Positions 1 through 11,527 are shown, numbered from the stretch's first letter. The stretch: 32,000 nt of DNA from Candidatus Saccharimonadota bacterium (GCF_000582535.1 NZ_CP006932.1:120001-152000); one strand, 5' to 3'. Numbers and translations are program-made. Notes: generated by a model not told the origin, from the sequence alone.

Positions 1-1
1 A

Positions 2-247
2 AGAAATGCAATTTTTAATGCAATTACAGAGGGAGTAATATGAGGAGATATTAGAGAAATTCATTTATTATCAAAATCAAACAATAATAGTAATGAATTC
101 ACTACTCCTTGTGGTAGTTGTAGACAAGTAATAAATGAATCTTCTAACAATAAAGCAATTGTTTATATTTATAACTTTAAAAAGGAAATAAAAAAATTTA
201 CAATTAATCAATTATTACCTTATAGTTTTAAATCAAAAGATTTTTAA
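2..247 (+). CDS. cdd: Cytidine deaminase, C-terminal part (5' end outside window)
   Basis: Frame reads ...NEFTTPCGSCRQVINESSNNKAIVYIYNF...LLPYSFKSKDF*. It carries the PCGxCRQ zinc-ligand motif of cytidine deaminases. One in-frame TGA is read as Trp. TAA stop at 245-247. Confidence 0.85.
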
Positions 248-748
248 TTAGTAATTTGTATTTTGTCTTACAAAATTTATTTCATTTTTTAATTGATAAG
301 AATCAAATATTTTTTCAATTTTAAAATTATAAATAATTCCTATTTCAAGAACTTTTATAATAATTTCTTTTAGGATTTTCTTATCTTTATTTTTCTGTAA
401 TATTGTAATTAAATTTATTATTTCAAGAAAAATTAATTCAATTTTTTTATTTTCTGTTGAAATTTCTAATTTTCAATCATTATAATTAAGATTATTTGCA
501 ATTGAAATTAAAAAATGAATTATATCAACAAACTCATCTAAAATAATTTCATCTGCACTTTTTTCTTTTTTTGATCAATATTTAAAAAATTTTAATTCAT
601 TTGCAAATTCTCCCAATTCTACAAAAAGAGCAATAATTTTTTTATCAAAAATTTCTTCATTTTCTTCTAAATTATTTCTTTCAAGAATATATTTATCTAA
701 TATTTTTTGTTTTTCAGAAATATTTCTAAGATCGATCTTCATTTTCAT
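248..748 (-). CDS. Dimeric dUTPase-like (dUTPase_2 / MazG-like all-alpha NTP pyrophosphatase family) protein
   Basis: I checked this 501-nt ORF triplet by triplet and it is open only if two TGA codons encode Trp. Sequence: MKMKIDLRNISEKQKILDKYI...FVELGEFANELKFFKYWSKKE...FVDIIHFLISIAN...NFVRQNTNY*. The ELGEhANE and FKYWSKK motifs match my recollection of dimeric dUTPases. ATG at 748-746. The stop (250-248) abuts the cdd stop. Confidence 0.6.
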
Positions 749-853
749 AATTTAATAATATCATTAATAATTTTTTAAATTATTAAAGTTTATTTTTTAA
801 TTTAAAATTGATAAAATCTATTTATTAAAGTTAAAGGAAATATTTGTAAAAAA

Positions 854-1477
854 TTGAAAGCAAATTCAAATTTATATCTTTATTATGGTCCGATGTTTTC
901 GGGAAAGTCAAAAAAATTAATTGAAGTTTATAATTCACTTAAGGAAAAAAAGATTATTTTCAAACCAAAAATTGATACTAGGGGGAAAAATTTTGTAATT
1001 TCCCGGGATGGAGGTAAGGTTGAGGCAATTCCTTTAAAAAATATTAAAGAGGTTTATAAATATTTAGAAAATATAGATATAGAAGATATTTTTTTTGATG
1101 AAATGTTTATGTTAGAGGGGGATATAAATATTGTTATAGATGATTTATTATTAAAAAATTATCGTCTTCATATTGCCTCTTTAGAAAAAAATTATTTGGG
1201 AAATGATTTTTTAGAAATCAAAAAATTAATAAAAAAATCACCAGAGTATAATAGACATCATTTATTTGCTCGTTGTCATATTTGTAATATGCCTTCTGCT
1301 TGAACAGTAAGATTAATTAATAATCATCTTGATAATGATAAATCTCCTGAGATTATAGTAGATGATCAGGAAGATCAAATAATTTATGAGAGTAGATGTG
1401 ATGAACATAGATTCACAGAAAAAATATTAAATCAAGAAGTAAAAATATATGAGGATTCGGAAATATTTTATAAATAA
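854..1477 (+). CDS. tdk: Thymidine kinase
   Basis: P-loop GPMFSGKS near the N-terminus. The C-terminal Cys/His zinc ribbon (ARCHICN...ESRCDEH) appears only after reading through TGA at 1301-1303. TTG start at 854, with AAAGGAAA upstream. The stop overlaps the thyA ATG (TAATG). Confidence 0.85.
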
Positions 1478-2343
1478 TGAAACAATATTTAGATTTATTA
1501 CAAAAAGTATTAAAAGAAGGAAATAAAAAAGAAGATCGTACAGGAGTAGGTACGATATCTTATTTTGCAACACAAACAAGATATAATTTAGAAAATAATT
1601 TACCAATAATTACAACAAAGGAAGTTAATTTTAAAGCAATTTTGCATGAGTTATTATGATTTATTAAGGGAGATACAAATATTAGATATCTTGTTTTAAA
1701 TGATGTCTCAATTTGAAATGATTGACCATATCAAAATTTTAAAAATAGTAAAGATTATAAAAATGAAACAATGAGTGATTTTGTAAATTTAATTAAAAAG
1801 GATCTTAATTTTGCAAAAAAATATGGAAATTTAGGACCAGTTTATGGAAAACAATGAAGAGATTTTGATGGCAAAGATCAATTAAAGGAAGCTTTAAAAT
1901 TATTAAAAGAGAATCCAAATTCACGAAGAATAATTATTTCAGCATGAAATCCTAATGATGTAGATAAAATGCTTCTTCCTCCTTGTCATGCTTTTTTTCA
2001 ATTTTATGTTATCGATGGTAAATTAAGTTGTCAATTATATCAAAGATCAGCAGATCTCTTTCTTGGAGTTCCTTTTAATATTACATCATATTCGATTCTT
2101 ACAATTTTAATTGCTCATCATTTAGGATTAAAAGCAAAAGAATTTATCCATACTTTGGGTGATTTTCATATTTATAAAAATCATATTGAGCAAGTTAAAT
2201 TGCAGATTGAAAGAAATCCATATCCTTTACCAAAATTAAAAATAAAAAATAAATATCAAAATCTTGAAGATTATAATTTTTCAGATTTTGAATTAATAAA
2301 TTATAAACATCATTCAAAAATTGTAGGAAAGGTAGCTGTTTAA
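1477..2343 (+). CDS. thyA: Thymidylate synthase (ThyA type)
   Basis: Track fragments 1477-1659 and 1969-2343 join in one frame through six TGA=Trp codons. Motifs: [54 protein letters not shown]. Confidence 0.95.
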
Positions 2344-2344
2344 A

Positions 2345-2842
2345 ATGTTAAAAATAATTGCCGCACACGATAGTGCTTTTTTAATTGGAAATAAAAATAA
2401 ATTGCCTTGAAAAGTTGAAGAAGATATTGAACATTTTCGCAATGAAATTAAAGGAAAAATAATTGTATTGGGACGAATTACTTATGAAAGTCTTTTACAA
2501 ATAAAAGATAAGTTAGATGTTTCAAAAATAATTGTATTAACAAGTAATTTAAATTATGATCCAAAAGATGACAAAGTGGTTGTATTTCATAAAGTTTTCG
2601 ATATCTTAAGATACTCACAAGATAATGAGATTTATATTTGTGGTGGAAGTAAAATATATGAGGAATTTTTACCTTATGTTGATCAAATGATAATTACAGA
2701 AATTAAAGGAAGATACGAAGGAGATAGTTATTTTCCTCTTTATAACAAAAATGATTTTAAATTAATAAAAGAAAAAAAATTATCAGACCAAGCAACTGTA
2801 AAGTATCTTAATCATTTAAAGAAAGAAAGCAAACAATACTAA
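2345..2842 (+). CDS. folA: Dihydrofolate reductase
   Basis: ATG at 2345. N-terminus MLKIIAAHDSAFLIGNKNKLPWKVEEDIEHFRNEIKGKIIVLGRITYES is in frame with track ORF 2468-2842 through one TGA. It follows thyA directly, which is the classic pairing. Confidence 0.85.
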
Positions 2843-2861
2843 ATTAAAAAAATAAAAAAAT

Positions 2862-3929
2862 ATGGAAAAACAACTCATTGAAAATTTAGAAGAGATTAAG
2901 AAAAAATATCAAGATCTTGATCAAAAAATTATTAAAGAAACAAAAAATAATAATTTTGAAATTATTAAAGAATATGCAAAAGAACAGAAAAAATATCAAT
3001 TTACATATCAACTTTATATTAAATATCTTGATTTAAAAGAAGAAATAAAAGATTCTGAATCAATTTTGGAATTAGAAGATGATAAAAAATTAATTAATGA
3101 ACTTAAAAAATTAATTTCAAATAATAAAAAAGAAATTAATATATTAGAAGAAAAATTATTAGATTCTTTAATTGAAAAAGATCCCATTGATAAATACAAT
3201 GCTTTTATTGAAATTAAAGGAGCTGCTGGTGGTTTAGAAGCTAATATTTTTGCAAATGATCTTTTAGATATGTATTTAAAATATGCACAAAAAATAGGCT
3301 TTAAAGCAAAAATAATAGATTTACAAGAATCAGAAAAAAAAGGTATTTCTTATGTTAATTTTAAAATTATGGGAGAAGGAGCATATGGAAGATTTAAATA
3401 TGAATCTGGTGTCCATAGAGTACAAAGAATTCCTGAAACAGAAAGTAATGGAAGAATTCATACTTCAACAGCAACAGTATCTGTTACTCCTGAATTAGAT
3501 GATTTAGATTTAAAGATAAATAAAAGTGATTTAAGAATTGATACTTATAGATCTTCTGGTGCTGGGGGACAACATGTAAATAAAACAGATTCTGCTGTAA
3601 GAATTTTACATATTCCTACAGGAATTATTTCTTCTTCACAAAGCGGAAGAAGTCAACATGATAATAAAGAAAGAGCAATGCAGTCACTTAGAAGTAAAAT
3701 TTATCAACAAAAATTAGATGCAGAACAACAGAATTTAAATAAAACAAAAAAAGAAGCAGTTGGAACAGGTGATCGTGCAGAAAAAATTCGAACATATAAT
3801 TATCAACAGAATCGTGTTACCGATCATCGTATAAATTTAACTTTAAAAAAATTAGATATTATTATGAGTGGTGATTTAGAAGAGTTTTTAAATTTATTAC
3901 ATTCTAGTTTTAAAGATAAAAATAATTAA
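2862..3929 (+). CDS. prfA: Peptide chain release factor 1
   Basis: Intact 355-aa ORF with the GGQ motif (SSGAGGQHVNKTDSAVRILHIPTGI) and an RF1-type tripeptide region (RVQRIPETESNGRIHTSTATV). Confidence 0.95.
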   Translation: MEKQLIENLEEIKKKYQDLDQKIIKETKNNNFEIIKEYAKEQKKYQFTYQLYIKYLDLKEEIKDSESILELEDDKKLINELKKLISNNKKEINILEEKLLDSLIEKDPIDKYNAFIEIKGAAGGLEANIFANDLLDMYLKYAQKIGFKAKIIDLQESEKKGISYVNFKIMGEGAYGRFKYESGVHRVQRIPETESNGRIHTSTATVSVTPELDDLDLKINKSDLRIDTYRSSGAGGQHVNKTDSAVRILHIPTGIISSSQSGRSQHDNKERAMQSLRSKIYQQKLDAEQQNLNKTKKEAVGTGDRAEKIRTYNYQQNRVTDHRINLTLKKLDIIMSGDLEEFLNLLHSSFKDKNN

Positions 3930-3930
3930 A

Positions 3931-4770
3931 ATGATATTTTTTAAAAAAAGATACACATTAAATGATTTAATTTTCAAAAAGGATTTAAATTATCGTAATA
4001 ATTTATATCTCTTTCTTGCTAATTATTTTGAAAAAGATATTTTTTATTTTTTTCAAAATAAAGAGAAAAAATTTTTTACGATAAAAGAAAAAATTATTAT
4101 TAATTATAAAGTGAAAAAAATTATTAGTAATAAAGATTTAAATTCAATTTGTCAAAAAAAAAGATTTTACAATTTAGATTTAAAACTTAATAAAAGTGTT
4201 TTTATTCCCCAATATGATACAGAAGGACTTGTTGAAATTATTCTTTCAAATGAAAAACAAAAAAAAGGAATTGAGATTGGAATTGGGACAGGGGCAATAA
4301 TTCTTTCAATTTTAAAAAATAGTGAAAATACAGTAGATGGAATAGATATTAATAAAAAAGCAATTAAATTAACTAATATAAATGCAAAAAGAAATAATAT
4401 AGATCTTAAAAAGGAAACTATTTTAAAGAAAAATGTATTTAAAATTAAAAACAATTTAAAATATGATTTTCTTGTTGCAAATCCTCCTTATATTTCTTAT
4501 GATGATCAAAAAATAACAAAAATAGTAAAAAAAATCCAACCAAAAAAAGCTTTATATGCAAAAGAAAAAGGTTTTTATTTTTATAAATATCTTATTAAAA
4601 ATAATGAGAAATTTTTAAAAGAAAATGGAAGAATGTATTTTGAAATAGGATTAGATCAAGATAAATATTTGGAAAATTATTTAGCAGATTTTAAAAAATT
4701 AAATTTTTATTTTGTAAAAGATTTGAATAATATTAATAGATATCTTGTAATTAAAAAAATCAAGGATTAA
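3931..4770 (+). CDS. prmC: Release-factor glutamine N5-methyltransferase (PrmC/HemK)
   Basis: 279-aa ORF directly after prfA. SAM-binding GIEIGIGTGAI and catalytic LVANPPYIS (NPPY) motifs. Confidence 0.85.
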   Translation: MIFFKKRYTLNDLIFKKDLNYRNNLYLFLANYFEKDIFYFFQNKEKKFFTIKEKIIINYKVKKIISNKDLNSICQKKRFYNLDLKLNKSVFIPQYDTEGLVEIILSNEKQKKGIEIGIGTGAIILSILKNSENTVDGIDINKKAIKLTNINAKRNNIDLKKETILKKNVFKIKNNLKYDFLVANPPYISYDDQKITKIVKKIQPKKALYAKEKGFYFYKYLIKNNEKFLKENGRMYFEIGLDQDKYLENYLADFKKLNFYFVKDLNNINRYLVIKKIKD

Positions 4771-4772
4771 AA

Positions 4773-5324
4773 ATGAAATTATTAAAAATTAATAAATTAT
4801 TAAATGATCTAAATAATAATAAAATAATAGCAATGCCTACAGAAACTGTATATGGTTTTTTTAGTCTAATTTCTCTTGAAAATTTAAAAAATATTAATAA
4901 ATTAAAAGGAAGAGAATTAGAAAAACCTTTACAAGTTTTTTTCTTAGATTTTTCTCAAATTGAAAAATATACAAAATTATCGCAATTCCAAAAGCAAATC
5001 TTAATTCAAGAATTACCAGGAAATAAATCTTTTTTAGTTCCTAGTTCTTCCTTTTTTAAAAAATTAACAAATCAAAATACAATTCTTATAAGATTACCAA
5101 TTTGAGAGCAAAAAATTTTAAAAAATACAAAAAAAGTTTTTGAAAAGATAAATGTTCCTTTATTTGCTACTTCAGCAAATCTTACAAATAATAAAGAATT
5201 TGATAATGGGAAATTAATTCAAAATGAATTTAAAATTAATGGTTTTAATAAAAAAATAAAGGCAAAAAAATCATCAATAATTATTTCTTTATTAGAGGAT
5301 AAAGTTGAGATTATTAGAAATTAA
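4773..5324 (+). CDS. tsaC: L-threonylcarbamoyladenylate synthase, YrdC/TsaC type (YwlC family)
   Basis: N-terminal IIAMPTETVYGFFS motif. The ORF continues through TGA at 5103-5105 into ...LFATSANLTN... and ends at TAA 5322-5324. The position between prmC and glyA matches Bacillus ywlC synteny. Confidence 0.75.
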
Positions 5325-5372
5325 TTTAATTTTAAACTAAAAAATTTAAAATTTAGAAGAAGGTAAAAAAAT

Positions 5373-6527
5373 ATGAAAGATAAAGAAATCGAAAATTTAA
5401 TTTTATTAGAAAAAAAAAGACAAGAAAATGAAATAGAATTAATCGCATCAGAAAACTTTGTTTCCAATGATGTATTAAAAGCTACAGGATCTATTCTTAC
5501 TAATAAATATGCAGAAGGTTATCCTAATAATAGATATTATGAAGGGTGTGAAAATGTTGATAAAATTGAAACATTAGCAATTGAAAGATTAAAGAAATTA
5601 TTTAATGCAAAATATGCAAACGTTCAACCTCATTCTGGAACACAAGCAAATCTTGCTGCTTATAATGCTTTAATAAAACCAGGAAGTAAAATTTTAGGAT
5701 TATCACTTAGTTCTGGAGGACATTTAAGCCACGGTTTTAAAATTACAATGAGTGGAATTTTTTACGATTCATATACCTATGAAGTTGATAAGAAAACTAA
5801 TCTTTTAGATTATGAAAAAATTTTAGAAATTGCAAAAGAAGTAAAACCTGATTTAATAATTTGTGGATATTCAGCTTATCCTCGAATTATTGATTTTAAA
5901 AAATTTCGTAATATTGCAGATCAAGTCGGGGCTTATCTATTAGCAGATATTGCTCATATTGCTGGTCTTATTGCTGCTAAATTACATCCTAATCCTCTAG
6001 ATTTTGGTGTAGATATTGTAACATCAACAACTCATAAAACTTTAAGAGGACCAAGAGGAGGAATTATTCTTACAAATAAAGAAGAAATTTTCAAAAAAAT
6101 TAATAGTTCTGTCTTTCCAGGTAGTCAAGGTGGACCTTTGATGCATGTAATCGCAGCAAAAGCAGTGGCTTTTAGAGAAGCATTAGATAAATCTTTTATT
6201 AGTTATCAAAAACAAGTAATAAAAAATGCAAAAGCACTTGCAAATAGATTGATTGAACATAATGTTAAGATTACAACAAATGGAACTGATAATCATTTAA
6301 TGCTTATCGATGTAAAGAAAAGCTTTAATATTACAGGACAAGAAGCAGAAAAAATTTTAAAAAAACATCATATTACTATAAATAAAAATGCTATCCCTTT
6401 TGATCCTCTTAGTCCAAAAATTGCTTCTGGAATTAGATTAGGAACACCAGCAATGACAACTAGAGGTTGGAAAGAAAAAGATTTTATTGCACTTGCTGAT
6501 AAAATCTATAATCTTTTAAAATCTTAA
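5373..6527 (+). CDS. glyA: Serine hydroxymethyltransferase
   Basis: Intact 384-aa ORF. Motifs: [27 protein letters not shown], and the PLP-lysine motif [15 protein letters not shown]. Confidence 0.95.
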   Translation: MKDKEIENLILLEKKRQENEIELIASENFVSNDVLKATGSILTNKYAEGYPNNRYYEGCENVDKIETLAIERLKKLFNAKYANVQPHSGTQANLAAYNALIKPGSKILGLSLSSGGHLSHGFKITMSGIFYDSYTYEVDKKTNLLDYEKILEIAKEVKPDLIICGYSAYPRIIDFKKFRNIADQVGAYLLADIAHIAGLIAAKLHPNPLDFGVDIVTSTTHKTLRGPRGGIILTNKEEIFKKINSSVFPGSQGGPLMHVIAAKAVAFREALDKSFISYQKQVIKNAKALANRLIEHNVKITTNGTDNHLMLIDVKKSFNITGQEAEKILKKHHITINKNAIPFDPLSPKIASGIRLGTPAMTTRGWKEKDFIALADKIYNLLKS

Positions 6528-6543
6528 AAAGGATTGTAAAATT

Positions 6544-7170
6544 ATGAAAATTAAAATTATTAATCATTCTCTAATTCAACATAAATTAACATTACTTAGA
6601 GATAAAAAAACAAATTCAAAGGATTTTCGTGAGTATTTAGATGAAATTTCAAGATTACTTGCCTTTGAGGTTTTACGTAATATTAAATTAAAAGAAATTG
6701 AAATAGAAACACCAATAAAAAAAACAACAGGAAAAATTTTGAATGAAAAAATTAATTTATTTCCGATTCTTCGAGCAGGACAAGGAATGGTAGAAGGTTT
6801 TTTGGGAGTTGTCCCAAATGCTAAAATTGGTCATATTGGTCTTTATCGTGATGAAAAAACTTTAGAACCAAAAAAATATTTATTTAAATTTCCTAGTGAT
6901 GCAAAAAAAGAAAGTTTAAATATTATTTTGGATCCAATGATAGCAACAGGAGGAAGTGCAATTGAAGCATTAAAAATTCTTAAAAAAGAAAAAATTAAAA
7001 ATATTAAATTTGTTTCAATTGTAACTGTAGAAGAAGCAGTTTTAAAAATAAATAAAAAATTTCCGGAAGTTGAATTAATTACTTGTTCAGTTGATCAAAA
7101 GCTTAATCAAAAAGGTTATATAATCCCAGGTCTTGGCGATGCTGGTGATCGAATCTATGGTACTAAGTAA
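6544..7170 (+). CDS. upp: Uracil phosphoribosyltransferase
   Basis: Intact 208-aa ORF. PRPP-binding ILDPMIATGGSA and C-terminal YIIPGLGDAGDRIYGTK. Confidence 0.95.
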   Translation: MKIKIINHSLIQHKLTLLRDKKTNSKDFREYLDEISRLLAFEVLRNIKLKEIEIETPIKKTTGKILNEKINLFPILRAGQGMVEGFLGVVPNAKIGHIGLYRDEKTLEPKKYLFKFPSDAKKESLNIILDPMIATGGSAIEALKILKKEKIKNIKFVSIVTVEEAVLKINKKFPEVELITCSVDQKLNQKGYIIPGLGDAGDRIYGTK

Positions 7171-7300
7171 ATTAATTAATTTAAATTTAAATTTTAAAAT
7201 TTTAATAAATTTTACAATTCTTGCTTTATTAAGTATCATAATTTCTTTTATTTGTTTTTTTTGATATCCATTTGTTCTATATAGCTTTTTATATTCAATT

Positions 7301-7651
7301 TTGCTTGTTTATTTTCTTTTTTTAATTACTTTTATAATTAATAAATTTTTATTTAAGAAAATTTCTATTAGCAAATCACTTATTTTATTTGTTGTAAGAA
7401 TTACCTTTTTTTTATTATTTTTCTTTATTGCAATATATTTAATTAATTTTGCAATTTTGAATGTAAAAGGAGTAGAATTATTAATGAAACCAATAAATAT
7501 TTTCATATATTTATTGGTATATTCTCTTTATTATCTTGCGGTATTTTTAATTCCAATTTATGATTATGTAATCTTTTTTTTCTTAAAAAGAAAAAATAAT
7601 AAAAATATTATAAAAGATCAAAAAAGTTTAGTTCAAAATGAATCAATATAG
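7301..7651 (+). CDS. Small hydrophobic protein, possibly ATP synthase protein I (AtpI-like) by position
   Basis: 116-aa multi-TM ORF directly upstream of atpB, overlapping it by 14 nt. There is no diagnostic motif. The start is uncertain: TTG at 7301, but under code 4 the frame stays open upstream through TGA 7262-7264 with no ATG. Confidence 0.45.
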   Translation: MLVYFLFLITFIINKFLFKKISISKSLILFVVRITFFLLFFFIAIYLINFAILNVKGVELLMKPINIFIYLLVYSLYYLAVFLIPIYDYVIFFFLKRKNNKNIIKDQKSLVQNESI

Positions 7652-8456
7652 TACTTATTTTAGTGAAACACAAGATAATTCTAGTCCTCTAGCTTTAGTT
7701 TTAAATCTAGGTGCTTTTATTTTTACTTTAATAATAACTCTTATTATTACAATTTTGATTGTTTGATATATTAATCGTAAACTTAAACAATTTGATCCTG
7801 AAAAACCAGCTACAGGTATTGTTTTATTTGCACAAAATTATGTAAATGCTTTTAATAATTTATTTGATTCAATTACAGGAGGAAAATTAAGAAAAGCATA
7901 TTCATATTTTTTTACATTGTTTAATTTTATATTAGTTGCTAATCTTTTATCACTAATTAATTTACTTCCTGCTGCTACAAGTCTTGCTTTTACTTTTACA
8001 TTAGGAATAATTACTTTTATTGGAATTTATGTTGTTGGAGTTTGTACAAGTGGATTAATTCATTTTATTAAGCATAAATATGCAAATCCAATTGAAATCT
8101 TAGGGCAATTTAGTCCTCTTCTTTCAATTTCAATTCGTTTATTTGGAGCTACACTTGCTGGTTATGTAATTGATGAAATTATTGTAATTATGGTAGGGGG
8201 AGTTACAGATAATAATGAACAAGCAATGTTATTTGCTGAGCTTGGAATTTCACCGGGAATATGAGTATGAGAAATACTTGATTCAGGATTAACAATTATT
8301 CAAGCATTTGTATTTGCTATTCTTACATGTTTATATTGAAGTTTAGAACATGGTCCTTCATGAGATAAAAAAGAAAGAAAAGAACATTTTAAAGCAGAAA
8401 AAGAGCTTAAAAGACAATTAAAATCTGAAAAAAAGAAAACGAAAAGTAGTAGTTAA
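7638..8456 (+). CDS. atpB: F0F1 ATP synthase subunit a
   Basis: ATG at 7638 is in frame with track ORF 7917-8264. It continues through four further TGA=Trp codons to TAA 8454-8456. Conserved LSISIRLFGATLAG (essential Arg) and IIQAFVFAILTCLYW segments. Confidence 0.9.
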
Positions 8457-8497
8457 AATTATTTTTCGTTAAATTTTAAAATACTAAGGAGAAATTT

Positions 8498-8932
8498 ATG
8501 AATAAAAATTTAAATACAAATATTAAATCAAAAAACTTTTACAAAAATTTAAATACTTTTGTAAAATGATCGACTCTTATTATTGCAATAATTACATTAA
8601 TTTTAGTTATTCTAGCATCATTAATTCATTATGGTGTAATTTTTGAAGATACAACAAATGTATTACAATCAACACAACAAGATATGATGGTAGGAGAATC
8701 TACAATTACAGATAAAGGTTTTGCTTATCTTGGTGCTGGAGTTGCTGCTGTTGGATTTTTGGGAGCAGGAGTTGGACAAGGATATGCTGCTGGTAGAGCT
8801 GCTGAGGCTGTAGGGAGAAATCCAGAAGCAGAAGGAAAAATTAGAAATATGATGATTATTGGATCTGCAATTGCTGAATCAAGTGCTTTATATTCTCTTG
8901 TTATTGCTATTTTATTAATTTTTGTAGCATAA
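8498..8932 (+). CDS. atpE: F0F1 ATP synthase subunit c, with a long N-terminal extension
   Basis: Conserved core GAGVAAVGFLGAGVGQGYAAGRAAEAVGRNPEA...IGSAIAESSALYSLVIAILL. ATG at 8498 follows TAAGGAGAA and is in frame with the core through one TGA. This adds about 62 residues, including a hydrophobic segment. Confidence 0.85.
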
Positions 8933-8951
8933 AGAAAAAGGATTTTTGAGA

Positions 8952-9446
8952 ATGGATTTTTGTTGAACACTTTTAATTGAAGCACTTGCAACAATTATTA
9001 GTTTAGGAATTTTATTTGTTGTAATTTCATATTTTTTATATTTTCCAATTAAAGATAGTATTAAAAAAAGAGAAAAATTCTTAGATGATCGTTACAAAGA
9101 TGCAAATAAAATTAACTCTGATGCTTTAAAAACACAAGCAGCAATTGGTGAAAGATTGAAAGCTTCAAAAGATGAAGCAAAAGAGATTATTGATTTATCA
9201 AAAAAAGAAGCAAATGAATTAAAAGCACAAATAATTGAACAAGCAAATGTAAAAGCAAAAACTACAGTTGAACAAGCACGCGAGCAAATTAAAAATGAAG
9301 AAATTGAAATGTATGAAAAATTAAAAGATGAAATTTCTTCAATTTCAATTTTAGTTGCAAAAAAAATTCTTGAAAAAGAAATAGATCCTAAAGTGGATCA
9401 AAAAATGATTGATGATTTAATCAAAACAATTCAAAATGAAAAATAA
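8952..9446 (+). CDS. atpF: F0F1 ATP synthase subunit b
   Basis: ATG at 8952, N-terminal TM (MDFCWTLLIEALATIISLGILFVVISYFLYFPI), then a long charged helix. In frame with track ORF 9156-9446. Confidence 0.85.
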
Positions 9447-9996
9447 TCAAAACATTTTACCTTTTGTAGAAGCTTTTTATCAATTAGCAAAAGAACAAAA
9501 AAATCTTAATAAAACAATTTTATTAATAAAGGAAACATTACAAGCAGTTTTGAATACTAATTTTATTGATTTTCTTGCTGATTATAATCTTGATTTAGAA
9601 AATAAAAAAAAAACATTAGATAAAATTTATAAAAAAGAGCAATTATTTATCAATTGAATTCTTGTTTTAATTGAAAATAAAATTGTTCGCAAATTTGATT
9701 TTATTCTTAAAAAATTTATTCAAATTTATAATAATGAAAATAAAATTGTCGAAGGAAATATTTATTTTGCTCATAAAAAAAATTTAAAAGATCTTAATAA
9801 AATTACTAATGTAATTAGTAAAAAATGAACAAAAAAGGTTTATTTAGATGCAAAAATTGATGGAGAACTTATCGGTGGTGTTAAATTAATTATTGGTGAT
9901 AATGTTTGAGATAATTCAATTTTAAAAAAATTAAATGATTTAACAGAAGAATTAATAAATAAGAAAGGTCTGATCACATTAGATGGCGAATATTAA
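9436..9996 (+). CDS. atpH: F0F1 ATP synthase subunit delta
   Basis: Continues through three TGA codons to TAA 9994-9996. C-terminal IDGELIGGVKLIIGDNVWDNSI is typical of delta/OSCP. Overlaps atpF by 11 nt and atpA by 14 nt. Confidence 0.85.
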
Positions 9997-11500
9997 TATT
10001 ACAAGCATAATTAAAAATCAGATTAAAAATTATAATCTTGATACAAAAAAAAGTTCAGAAGGGAAAGTTGTTGCTATTTCTGATGGAATTGCAACTGTTT
10101 CTGGACTTTATGATACGCAATTAGGTGAATTGCTTAAATTTCCAAAAGATACATATGGAATGGCCCTTAATTTAGAAGAGGATTTAATAGGAGTTATTCT
10201 TTTGGGGGAATATTCTCATATAAATGAGGGTAATAAAGTTTTACGAACAAAAAAAATTGTTCAAGTTCCGGTTGGTGATAAACTTTTAGGAAGAATTGTT
10301 GATTCTTTAGGTCAAGCTGTTGATGGTAAGAATGTAATTAAAAGTGATAAAACAAGAGAAATTGAACGTGTGGCATTAGGAATAATGACAAGACAATCTG
10401 TAAATCAACCACTTGAAACAGGAATTTTAGCAATTGATGCGATGATTCCAATTGGAAAAGGACAACGTGAACTTATTATTGGTGATCGGAAAACAGGAAA
10501 AACAGCAATTGCGATTGATGCGATTATTAATCAAAAAGGTAAAAATGTAAAATGTGTTTATGTTTCAATTGGACAAAAAAATTCTTCACTTGCGATTATT
10601 ACACAAAAATTAATAGATGCAGATGCTTTAAAATATACAACTATTGTTTCTGCTAATTCTTCTGAATCTGATGCAATGCAATATATTTCTCCTTATACAG
10701 GAATTGCAATTGCAGAAGAATGAATGGAAAAAGGACAAGATGTTCTAATTATTTTTGATGATTTAAGTAAACATGCTGTTGCTTATCGTTCACTTTCGTT
10801 ATTACTTAGAAGACCACCTGGACGTGAAGCTTATCCTGGAGATGTTTTTTATATTCATTCTCGCTTATTAGAAAGAGCAGCAAAACTTAATAAAAATTAT
10901 GGGAATGGTTCAATTACAGCACTTCCAATAATAGAAACACAAGCGGGGGATATTTCTGCTTATATTCCTACTAATGTAATTTCAATTACTGATGGTCAGA
11001 TTTTTTTGATGACTGATGCTTTTAATTCCGGACAAAGACCCGCTGTTGATTCAGGGCTTTCTGTTTCTCGTGTTGGTTCAGCTGCCCAAACAAAACTTAT
11101 AAAAAAAGTTTCTTCTTCTTTAAAATTACAGTTAGCAAATTATGGAGAAATTAAATCTTTTTCTGAATTTTCATCTGATCTTGATCAAGAAACAAAAACA
11201 ATTCTTGAAAATGGGAGCAAAATTATGGCTTTTTTAAAGCAAAAACAATATTCTCCTTATACACAATCATATCAAGCAATTATTCTTTATTTAATTGATC
11301 AAAAAATGATCGATCTTTTAAATATTAATTTAATTCCACAATTTAAAGAATTTTTAGCAAAAGAAGTAAAAAATAAAGAAGAATTCAAAAAAATTGCAAA
11401 AGATATGAATCAAAAATTAGAATTTACAAATGAAATTGAAAAAAAATTAAATTCTTTACTTACAAAAACAATTAATAAATTTAATCAAGAATATAGTTAA
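9983..11500 (+). CDS. atpA: F0F1 ATP synthase subunit alpha
   Basis: Track ORFs 9983-10723 and 10724-11500 are one gene joined by TGA 10721-10723 (..[25 protein letters not shown]..). Walker A GDRKTGKT. Confidence 0.97.
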
Positions 11501-11527
11501 TATTTATTTTAAATTTAGGAAAATAAA

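Noticed and set aside
3014-3199. Antisense or alternate-frame track ORFs inside conserved genes: 3014-3199(-), 4167-4454(-), 7309-7506(-), 8725-8994(-), 13034-13393(+), 15559-15870(-), 23023-23247(+), 26323-26526(-), 27524-27712(-), 30445-30702(-)
   Set aside because: Each lies wholly within a well-supported gene on the other strand or frame. They have low-complexity F/L/I/K-rich composition typical of shadow ORFs in AT-rich DNA and no motifs.
3400-3440. RF1 tripeptide motif reads PET instead of the E. coli PAT
   Set aside because: The middle residue of the PxT motif is variable among bacterial RF1 proteins. I cannot support any link to the altered genetic code.
10721-10726. Apparent split of atpA (and of thyA, atpB, fruA, secA and the permeases) into several ORFs, suggesting pseudogenes
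   Set aside because: All breaks are TGA codons in a single continuous frame at positions compatible with Trp. This is code 4, not gene decay. Only the S8 peptidase has a genuine TAA or frame problem.
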